From the NCBI RefSeq assembly GCF_018350175.1, contig NC_058383.1:17300001-17360000 (forward strand): a stretch of 60,000 nucleotides of DNA, in the 5' to 3' direction. Source of the DNA: Felis catus (Eukaryota). This document shows, in pieces, positions 30,989 to 60,000 of this stretch; the stretch's first letter is position 1; each line of letters begins with the position of its first letter. The notes under the pieces were generated by a model that saw nothing but the letters and a program-made list of their open reading frames with translations, did no database searches and was not told where the DNA came from. A program made the translations under genes and the position numbers.

Positions 30989-31420
30989 CAGGCATCCCCT
31001 GCTTTTCAAAAGTTTATGTTATGACACTTTGCTTTTTTTGCTAATGTTTTTAAAATTTATTTTTGAGAGAGAGAGAGAGCACGCACGCACAAGAGAGAGA
31101 GAGAAAGTGCAAGCCAGGGAGGGGCAGAGAGAGAGAGGGGTCAGAGGATCCCAAGTGGGCTTTGTGCTGACGCAGCAAGCCCGATGCAGGGCTCCAACTC
31201 ATGACCCGTGAGATCATGAACGCTCATACGACTGAGCCACCCAGGCGCCCCACCACTTTGCTTTTAGGAAAGACCTACGTTAGTACCTGTTTTCACTAAC
31301 AAAAAAAAAATCCAGAAGGGATTTTCACTTTTTCAAAAAAAAGGTGAAAAGTGACAATGGTGCTCAGAGTTTGTTTGTTTTGCAGTCAACTGTCATGGAG
31401 ATCTCCTTCCCTGGGAACTA
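30989..31420 (+). mobile_element. Probable TcMar-Tigger-family DNA transposon fragment interrupted by a SINE
   Basis: TA followed by a caggcatcccc terminus; the interrupting SINE has TSD cactttgctttt on both sides. Confidence 0.45.
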
Positions 31421-33038
31421 GACTCAGCATCCCAGCATCAAGCCATCATAGCTTTGGACTATGTGAGCATCTGTGCTTGATCTCAATTTATATTGTGCAT
31501 TTGTTAGCAAGATATGACCTAAGGTATGAGAAAAGCCTAAAAGATGAGTCCCCAGCCAGGGGAGCATGTGACTCTTGGTCTCAGGGCTGTGGGTTCAAGC
31601 CCCACATTTGGGTGTAGAGATTACCTAAAAATAAATTTTTCAAAAAAAGGAAGAAAGGAAGGAAGGGAGGGAGGGAGGGAGGAAAAGAGGTTGATTTTTG
31701 GATCTGGGAATGCTAAAAAAAGTTTTTCATATAAATTAATAGTAACTGCTTCTTTGCTTTATGCCTTTTCCGCTTCCAAAAGTTTTCATAGAAATGCTCT
31801 ACTTCCGGATAGCAGGGAAAACCTGTGTGTGGCTATTCAACTCTTCATTTCCATTCTCCTCCACCCTTCTCCATTCTGATCTGTTCCCCCAGAGTGACCT
31901 TTATGGGCCACATCATGGCCTCCCTGTCACTCTGGCTTCTGGGAGGTTTCAGAGTTGGGAGGAGCTGGCAGGTGATGGGAGGGTAGGAGGAAAGCGAGAT
32001 GGTGACTTTTATTTCCCAGCTCCCTCCCTGCATGAGCCACAGGTTGATAAAGGTCACATTTCTCCATTGAAGGAGCTCCCACTGAGCTCTCTCCTCCAGG
32101 CTCTCCATTTCCAGCTCCAGTATGTGTTCCTTCTCTTGGCCTCTCCAGGAAGGGCTCTCCACTCTTGCTAGCCCCAGCATGCTTCACCCATCCCTTGCTG
32201 GTTTCCCTTATCCCTGCCTAGACCTCTGTAAATAGTTCTTTAATTAAACTCTCCTTGATTCCTTTGAGGCACCATATGTTTCTTAGGCGGATTGCCATCG
32301 AAATACACTGAAGAGTTGAGTGACTTTCCCAAAGTCACACAAAGAGTAAGTGACAACACTTGAGAGCAGTCTAACACAGAAAAGGGTGACGTCCTTTTGG
32401 CTGTGCCAGCCTGCCCAGGCCCCTCCCAGAATCCTTGGCCCTGCGCAACTTGACGGAATCTGTGATCCTTTTGTTGGGATGGGATTGAATTCCCTAGGGC
32501 TCCCTTCCCAGACCTGGCCAGCAACTCCAGTAACCAGAGCTGTGTGAGAAGAAAAGGCCAAGCCACTGGGGTAAGCCGCACCCCGAATAGAGGTGAGGTC
32601 TCTGGTGAGTCACGCCACTGAGGGGCCACCTGCTCCATCCCAAGGGCTTGAGCTAACCTACAGCCCGCCTCACCAAGGACCCAGAACATCAGCCTCACAG
32701 CACCTAGCTGTCCTCATCTTCCACCTTTGCCCACAGGGTTCTCCACTCCTCCACCCCCCACCCAACAGTGTCCTGGAGCTAGGACATCTGCTTCCCACCC
32801 CCACCTTGGGCCTCCAGAGATATGAGATGCTCACAGGGCTCTGGGTGGGGCCTCTAGGCTCCCTGCTTCCCCTTTCCAGCCCTAGATCCTCTCAGATTGC
32901 CGGAGATGGGCTCCAGCCAGGGAGGGTGGGGCAGCTCCTGGGACCATCAGGAGTCACAGGCTGCCTAGGCTGTGACAGAGCTGTGGCTGGGAGCAGACCT
33001 TCACCCATCTCCGTGCCTCCAGCTGACTCAAATGTGCC

Positions 33039-41879
<8,841 letters not shown>

Positions 41880-42100
41880 GGGGGCCTGGGTCCCTTGGCC
41901 GCCTCTCCTTCTCCTCCTCCACCCCCTCCAGCCCTCCACTTCCCGCCCTGTAGGGCTGGAATGTGGCCTAACCGGCTTTGTTCCCTAGCCGGAACCTCCA
42001 GAGGGCCCCACCCACCCGGACTGCAGCGGCTTCGGATTATTGGGCCTCTGTGCCTGGCTATTTTGGGCACGGGAATCCTTGGGGGCAGTGGGAAGCAGCC

Positions 42101-42106
42101 AATAAA
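42101..42106 (+). terminator. PRSS36 polyadenylation signal AATAAA
   Basis: Canonical hexamer about 220 nt after the stop, with GT-rich sequence downstream. Confidence 0.8.
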
Positions 42107-44094
42107 GGTGTAAACACAGACACGTGGCCTTGTGGCATTGCTGGGGGAAGGCTGAGGGGCTGGGGGAAGCCCAAGGGATAGGGCCCATCCCTTCTGGGTC
42201 TCTGTGAGTCAGGCCTTGGGCTCCCAGGAAATGTGTCCCTGATAACGTGGCAGCTGTCCTTCATTCCTGCCCCAGGGCGGGGGAGGTTGGGTGGCAGCTG
42301 GGTGTGTGTCACCTCCCCAGTGGAATCAGCATCCCTAGCACCTGATAGACACTTCAGCCCTAGCTCAGACCCTACTTCCCTTCTCTCTCTGCCCCCTGCC
42401 ATCCTCCACCCCTCCCAGACTGAGGGTGAGCGTTAGAGGAAGAGTCCAGGAGTCTGGGAGTGCAGAGGGTCTGTCTGCCTTATCCTATATCTACAGACAG
42501 CTACCCCTCCTAAACACACCCTGATGAATGCCCCAGAGTGTACACCTCCAGTGCCCCCAGTACACACACGTGACACTTATGTGGGACCCTTCAAGGGTCC
42601 ACTTTCATATCCTGCCCAGTGCCTCCAGAGTTTGGGCACCAGCATGTGTCCTTGTATGTACATCCCACTACCTCACCCACCGTTTACTAGTGCACCTCCC
42701 TGCATGAATTCAACCACATTCCCTGCTAACTACTAAGTCATGGGGTCTGGGGTCTGATAGATAAGTCCATGAAGTGCTCCCAGTGTAGTGGGGAACACCC
42801 CTGGCTGGGCATCAGGAATAGGTCATGGAAAAGGTTGATGTTTGAGTACAGAAAAAGGGCAAATGGAGACCCGGGGAAGGGGAAGTGCTAGGGTGGAAGC
42901 CGGCTGATAAGGGTGGCAGAGGGGTCACCTCAGGGGCTGGAGTCACCATCTATAGGTAGAGTGGGCAGAGGGTGGGGGAGGGGAAGCAGGGAGTTCCTGG
43001 GAGATTGTGGAGAGGGGCAGAGGTTCTTAAAGGGACAGGCTTATCATTAGCTGCCAGATCCCAAAGAGACTATTCCCCTGAATCTCCACAAGGACATACA
43101 TCCCCACCTGTGTCCCATACCCAGTCACCCATATGCCATTCCCCATAAACATTTAATACACCCATCCTCTCCCCAAACCCACCACAGCGTCCAATGTTGC
43201 TCCCTCTTCCCTGACTTAGACTCCCTCCGAGTTAGCCAGTTAGCTTCTAGCCCCTCACCCACTCCAGGAATTCCTTGCCCTCCAGGAGAGGCCCCAAAGT
43301 TTTGGCTGGGAGGTCCCCAGTCTTATGGAAATTAGGTGGGGAAGTGGGGTCTGTTTTTCTGAGGCTTGAAGCCAACACACATGCCCAGTTGTCCACAGAC
43401 TTATACACTGATTTAGGATGAACCTGACCCCAACCCGGTCACATGAGCTTTCTTCTCCTGGACCTGTGCCACCTGCACCCTCCACCTGAGACTTTCCCTG
43501 GACCACTCTCCTCCCATATTTGCCTTAACACTCTTTCATAGCTCCTCTGGCCTGAGTTGTAACAACACCTTCTTGAGGAACCCTTCTTTATGCCAGCCTA
43601 TGCCAGGCTCCTGCGAACAGGCCCCCAGAGCACCCGTTCTTCTTTATCAGAGGGCCTACCTTGAAATTATTCTATAATTGCTATGTGATTACTTGATTCA
43701 AAGCTGTCACCTCTAACTTCACTGTGAGCTCAGCGAAGGCAGAGATGGTGTCTGTTTTGTCTCCTGTGCCTGGAACATAGTAGGCACTCAGGAAATATTT
43801 ATGAGATGATTGGCACTGCCAGTCGCACTCACCACACCTCAGCACACACAGAGGAGGCCGCAGGCTCTATAGAAGGGCCTGAAACGGCAGGTCCAGGGCA
43901 GACCCAGGTGTCCTGAGCTCAGATACCAGGCTGAAGGAGGGAAGAAAGGAGGAGCAGAGTGGCCCCAGGACAACAAAGGCTGGGCCAGGCCCTGGGGGAC
44001 ATAACTGGTCTGGGAGACCTGAAAGACCTGGGGCAAACGGCAGTTGGGTCACACTCTAAGGAGTGCAGCTGTCAGGGGTTTCCAGTCCCTCCTG

Positions 44095-44111
44095 GCGCGC
44101 GCGCGCGCGCG

Positions 44112-44150
<39 letters not shown>
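44095..44150. repeat. (GC)13(AC)15 alternating purine-pyrimidine microsatellite upstream of PRSS8
   Basis: Read directly from the sequence. Confidence 0.95.
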
Positions 44151-44153
<3 letters not shown>

Positions 44154-44519
44154 GCCTAGGGGTCTGGGAGGACTTAGGACTGTGTTGGCAACAAAAGCTG
44201 TCGGAGCTAAGTGAGGAGGGCGGGGCTAGGGGAGGGGCAGGCAGGTAGGTGCCTTTCTCCACGGATCCACCACTCTAGAAGGTCTCTACGTAGCCAGACC
44301 GAGCGGGAGACGTGTCCTCACCGGCAGCTGCGGAAACCCCAACGTCTCCCTTTGTGCCTTATTCTTGCCTTGGACATCTCTTCCCCCTTCCCAGCGCGGA
44401 TTCTAGGATTCTAGGATCCCTTCCCACTGGGCCCGACACCTGGATCTTGCCTTCGAAACCAACCCCAGGTCCCTTCCCTTGGGTGCCTGGTGTCTCCCCA
44501 GGGGCCCTGGTTCTGGGCC

Positions 44520-47500
44520 ATGGCCCACAGGGCAGGCCTGGGACTTAGACAGCTGGAGGCTGTGGCCATTCTGCTTTTACTTGGATTATTCCGGTCCGGT
44601 CTTGGTGAGTATGTGTGGGTCAGAGAGTGTGGGGCTCAGGGAAGGGGTGGTGCACGTAAACTGAGGCTATAATCTTTTTCTGGGCACATCCCTTATCCTG
44701 GGCTCAAGAATCCCCCAGCTTCAGCCTCCCTAGATCTTGGCCTCTGTCTCTCCCTTCAGCTTCGGCCTCCGGGGAGTCAAGGGGGTGGGGAGGACCGTCC
44801 TCTGGAGAAGTGGTAGGTGCTAAGGGGCCTGGGAACTCTGGTCTTTCCTGTTTACCCTTTCCTCTTGCTCTCTCCCTCCAGGAGCTGATGGGCAGGAAGG
44901 TGAGCCTTGCATGGGGGAGGGGAAAGGAAGGGAACCGGGATTCAGATTCCAATGGAGTGTTTCATGAGTGCCTGACCCTCTCTGTAGGGCCATCTCACCC
45001 ACTCTTATTACCTTATGTAAATCCCCCCATTAGTTCTGAAAGATGGGGATTAGAGCCCTAATTCTTCGGAGAAAGAAACTGAGGTAGAGAGTGAAGTGAC
45101 TTAGCCAAGAGCACACAGCCAATAAGAGGTGTCGCTGAGATTTTACACCCAGATCTGATTCCAAAGGTGGGTCCTTTGAGGAAAATGAACCAGAGGTTTC
45201 CTTTCTTCTAAGGCTCACCACTTGACTCTGAGTCTGGTTTTCAATTCCCACTTCACCAGATACTACTGGCTATGTATCCTTGGTCAGTCCCCTCACCTCA
45301 AAAATGGAAGTTGGTTATGTTTGTCTCCTGGGGCCCAGTGAGGAGTCATGGAGATAGAAGTGAAAGCCCTCTCCCAGCCTGGCATTGCTTGAACAGTCAC
45401 TAAATAGTAGCTATTGTAGTTATTATGAGGAGAGAAGGAGGAGCTTGGCTGGGCAGTTTTCCCTGCTCCGGGGAAGGTGACTTTGTGAAAGGCTGTTGGG
45501 TCCTGCTCCAAACGGCAGCCTCGGTGGGGGTGAGGCAGTCCTGGAAACCAGATGTTCAGTGTGGGAATCCTGTTGTTTGTTCAACACACATCCACCACTC
45601 TGTGTGTCCAGCCCTGTGCTCGGCACTGGGGACAAGGAGATCTGCTCCAGTCCCTGTCACTAGGGAATGCCCAGATTGCTGCAGTTGAAACAGTCATAGA
45701 CCATCATGACTGTGTGATGGGGCAGTGCTGGGGAAAGTATGGGCCCTGGGAGCTTCCAGCATTGTCTAACTCAGCCAGCAGGCTCAGGGCAGGTTAAGGA
45801 GTGCCTGACATTTGAATGGTCTCTGTAGGCAAATAGGTCTGCATAGCAGAGTAGGGATGAAGAAAGGTATTCTAGGCAGAGGGACCTGGATAAGCAAAGG
45901 TCTAGAGGCAAACAAGTGTGTGGCCCAGTGTAAATGTCCAGAGGGATGGCTGGAGTAAATGGTAGTGCCATGGAAGGTAGAGAATGTATCTTAAGGGCAA
46001 TGTGGAGCCTGGGGAGGATTTAAGCTGAGGTATGACCTGATCAGATTTGTGGTTTATAAAGATCTTCTGACTTGTAAGGAGTGGACTGAATGGAAGGTAG
46101 GAGGATCTGAGAGAAAGGAAGGCGCATGAAACTTGGGTTAGGTAATGAGGGTGGTTAAGGGGGCAGAACTAACCATGCCCAGTGAGCAGCGGGGCAAGGA
46201 CAAAGGGGTAGCTGGCTCCTGCAAACTCACTTCCCAAGCTCCAAACCAGATTGTCTGGGCTATATGGGGAACGGCAGGGCTGAGGACCTGGTATGGGGGC
46301 CCCAGAAGGACCTGACCCCCTCCCCTTCCTCCCTGGGCAGCCTTCTGCGGTGTGGCCTCCCAAGCACGCATCACAGGTGGTAGCAGTGCAGCCGCTGGCC
46401 AGTGGCCCTGGCAGGTCAGCATCACCTACGATGGCACCCACGCGTGTGGTGGTTCTCTCGTGTCTGAGCAGTGGGTGCTCTCAGCTGCTCACTGCTTCCC
46501 AAGGTACCAGCTGGGTGGTGGGCATGGGGGGGGAAGTCAAAGGTGGATCAGTCTAGGCCAGAGGTTGGGATTCTTGGGTTGGGTCGAGGGGTATCAATAA
46601 AGTCTGAAAGGATCAGTCAGCAGTGAAGGTCAGAGGTGACAGGTCACAGGGTAAAACTAGCATGCAGTTTGGGATCAGAATCTGGGGTTGGATATAACAA
46701 GCCCACAGGGATCAGGGAACTAGGAGAGGTCTCCTGGGTCCCAGCCTCGGCCCCTCTGCCTGCAGGGAGCACGTCAAGGAAGACTATGAGGTAAAGCTTG
46801 GGGCCCACCAGCTGGACTCCTACACGCCTGAGGCCGAGGTCCGCACCGTGGCACAGGTCATTTCCCACTCCAGCTACCACCAGGAGGGCTCCCAGGGTGA
46901 CATTGCACTCCTCCGTCTCAGTAGCCCTGTCACCTTCTCCCGCTACATCCGGCCCATCTGCCTCCCTGCAGCCAACGCCTCCTTCCCCAATGGCCTCCAA
47001 TGTACTGTCACTGGATGGGGCCACGTGGCGCCCTCAGGTGAGGTGGGCGCTGATGCCTAGAGGCATGGAGGGGTGCCTGACTTAGGGTAGGAGGCCCCAG
47101 GTAAGCATCTTTTGCTCCTACAGTGAGCCTCCTGGCCCCCCGGCAGCTTCAGCAACTTGAGGTGCCACTGATCAGCCGAGAGACATGTAACTGTCTGTAC
47201 AACATTGACGCCAAACCTGAGGAGCCCCACTTTATCCAGCAGGACATGCTGTGTGCTGGCTATGTGAAGGGGGGCAAGGATGCCTGCCAGGTAAATGCAG
47301 GGGTTCCAGTGAGACGAGCGCATCTTGGGAGATGAGGGCCGGATGGGGCTGGCGTGGATGACTGGAGGCCTGGGGCCTAGTCTTGACAGTTACTGTATGA
47401 CTTTTCTCTTCAGGGTGACTCTGGGGGCCCACTCTCCTGCCTTGTGGGGGGCCTCTGGTACCTGGCAGGCATTGTGAGCTGGGGCGATGCCTGTGGGGCC

Positions 47501-47722
47501 CCCAACAGGCCTGGCGTGTACACTCTGACCTCCAGCTATGCCTCCTGGATTCACTATCATGTGACAGAGCTCCAGCCTCGTGTGGTGCCCCAAATCCAGG
47601 AGTCTCAGCCCGATGGCCATCTTTGTGTCAACCACCAGGCCTTCAACTCTGCCCCAGCCCAGGCCGTATTGGGGCTCATCCTTCTGCTGCCACTAGGCCT
47701 GAGCCTGGGCCTCCTCTGCTGA
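44520..47722 (+). CDS. PRSS8: Prostasin (serine protease 8), 337 aa. Exons: 44520-44604, 44882-44899, 46341-46503, 46766-47037, 47124-47290, 47414-47722
   Basis: Signal peptide; [12 protein letters not shown] activation site; LSAAHC, GDIALL and DACQGDSGGP; hydrophobic C-terminal GPI-type tail. 1014 nt, GT-AG junctions. Confidence 0.97.
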
Positions 47723-48361
47723 GCTAGTCATCCTGAGAACTGACCCCGCTTCCAGGACTTCCACACTGCCCCCAAGGACAGATGCCTGGCCCAGGAATGG
47801 ACCTGGCCCTTCCCTGACATCTTTTGGGTCTTGGGACTGGCTTAAGCCACTCCTTCCTCCCAGAACCCTGTGGGAGTCCAGGGCACTATCCTGACCTTTG
47901 AGCCCACTCTTCTGGGTTTGTTCTTTGCAACTACGGTCCACAGTCAGGTGTTTTACTACCTGTGGTATTGGCTAGGACCTCTAGCCACCCCCACCTACTG
48001 TTCACAACCCTACTCACTGGGCTCCTATGGAGCCCCCAAGGACCCTTAGCTATGAAAATGAGCCAAGGCTCCCTACCCTGTTTCTAGAAAACTGGGTACC
48101 TGCCCAGCTAATTGCTGCTAAAGAACTGGCTCTAGCACCCTACCAGTTCTGCCTGATGAGCCCCATCACTTCACCTTCTTCCTGTATTCTGAGCGGGGAC
48201 TGCCTCTGGGCAGCATGTTTTCAAGAACAGAAAAGGCCCCAATCTTGCCCCATCAGCTGCCATGCCCTCCTCGAACCTCAACTCCTAGACTCCGGAGGAC
48301 TGAGCCCCCACCGGAACTGGGCTTGGGCTTGGATCTGGGGTGAGGGGTAGAAAGAACAAGG

Positions 48362-48367
48362 AGTAAA
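48362..48367 (+). terminator. Candidate PRSS8 variant poly(A) signal AGTAAA
   Basis: I saw no AATAAA on the plus strand between the PRSS8 stop and the KAT8 3' end. AGTAAA is followed by GT-rich ctgtgtgtgg. Confidence 0.45.
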
Positions 48368-48471
48368 ATGTTTTGAGCACAATTGGCTCTGTGTGTGGAG
48401 TGCAACAAAGAACATCAGCTCTTAGCCTCTCCCTCCCACCTCCAAAGTCCAGAACCACTGGCAGAACTTAC

Positions 48472-48477
48472 TTTATT
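48472..48477 (-). terminator. KAT8 polyadenylation signal AATAAA
   Basis: tttatt on the plus strand, 85 nt downstream of the KAT8 stop. Confidence 0.8.
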
Positions 48478-48561
48478 TTAAAAAATGACGAAACAGGTCT
48501 GTACATATTTACAGGCTAGGGGACAAGGAGATAAAGGTCCAGCAGCAGGGGCACAGGCCAT

Positions 48562-59480
<10,919 letters not shown>

Positions 59481-60000
59481 TCCGTATAGAAATATGGCTG
59501 AACCCTGAGTTGAAAGAGGAGACCTTCGTGATGTGTGATGACTCAGCCCGATCTTTTTAAAGGGCCTGGTGCCTGAGGAAGCCAGGAGGTGCCAATTACC
59601 AGAGGCACTGCCCCCACTTTACCCGGTACCGGGACGGAGCCAGAGCTGCCTCCCTGGCTGCAGTAGGGCTTTGAGCTTGGAATTAACACCCACTTCTGCG
59701 TTGCCCACTTCCGCCAACCTAAAGCCCCGTCACCCCTTTTGTAAAGATTGAAGGAACTGCCGTCCTTGTTCACGGTGAAGGAAACAGGACGGCTGTGTCC
59801 AGGGATAGCTAGTAAATTGCTCTCATAGAATTAAGCCTTTTTAAAGGCTTAATTTGTCCCCTAGACAAATTAGACGCAGTGGACATATTAGAGAGCGTCT
59901 TGGGCTTAGTGAGGAATCCGGGTTCTGATCCTACTCTGGGTAAATTGTACAAAGGTGTCCATTCTCGAGGGTCGGTAAAGGTTAAACTATACATAACTGT

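Larger units (their letters stand above)
5267..31650. mobile_element. Dense field of several dozen carnivore tRNA-derived SINEs (SINEC family), both orientations, often nested
   Basis: Repeated GGGGCGCCTGGGTGGCTCAGTCGGTTAAGC head, GGTCATGATCTC...GAGTTCGAGCCCC B-box region, (CT)n tract and AAAATAAATAAAC/A-rich tail. Many copies have target-site duplications. Confidence 0.95.

Noticed and set aside
5267..31650. tRNA-like A/B boxes and a repeat-spacer appearance suggesting tRNA genes or a CRISPR array
   Set aside because: These are SINE heads with (CT)n and A tails, irregular spacing and mixed orientation, in mammalian DNA with no cas genes.

Overview
This is mammalian genomic DNA, almost certainly felid, because it carries many carnivore tRNA-derived SINEs including young SINEC_Fc-type copies. 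It is the block syntenic to human 16p11.2, read in the opposite orientation. From left to right it holds: the 5' part of FUS (minus strand, coding exons 1-6, CpG-island promoter near 4.4 kb); a ~28 kb gene-free interval packed with SINEs, hAT MITEs, MaLR/ERV LTRs and probable fragments of one ancient ERVL-class provirus; complete PRSS36/polyserase-2 (plus, 15 coding exons, 856 aa); complete PRSS8/prostasin (plus, 6 exons, 337 aa); and complete KAT8/MOF (minus, 11 exons, 458 aa), which converges tail-to-tail with PRSS8. I read all exon boundaries by hand (GT-AG, frame-consistent). Main observations: an intact spliced second-frame ORF in FUS (altFUS orthologue, 171 aa); a 131-bp templated duplication inserted at the hairpin centre of a MER3 MITE, so that direct repeats flank PRSS36 exon 6; a (GC)13(AC)15 Z-DNA tract upstream of PRSS8; an identical four-exon phase module in all four protease domains; a GPI-like tail on PRSS36; and nested SINE clusters. 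I found no wholly new biological system that the sequence alone supports. Repeat subfamily names and cross-species comparisons are from memory, not database searches.
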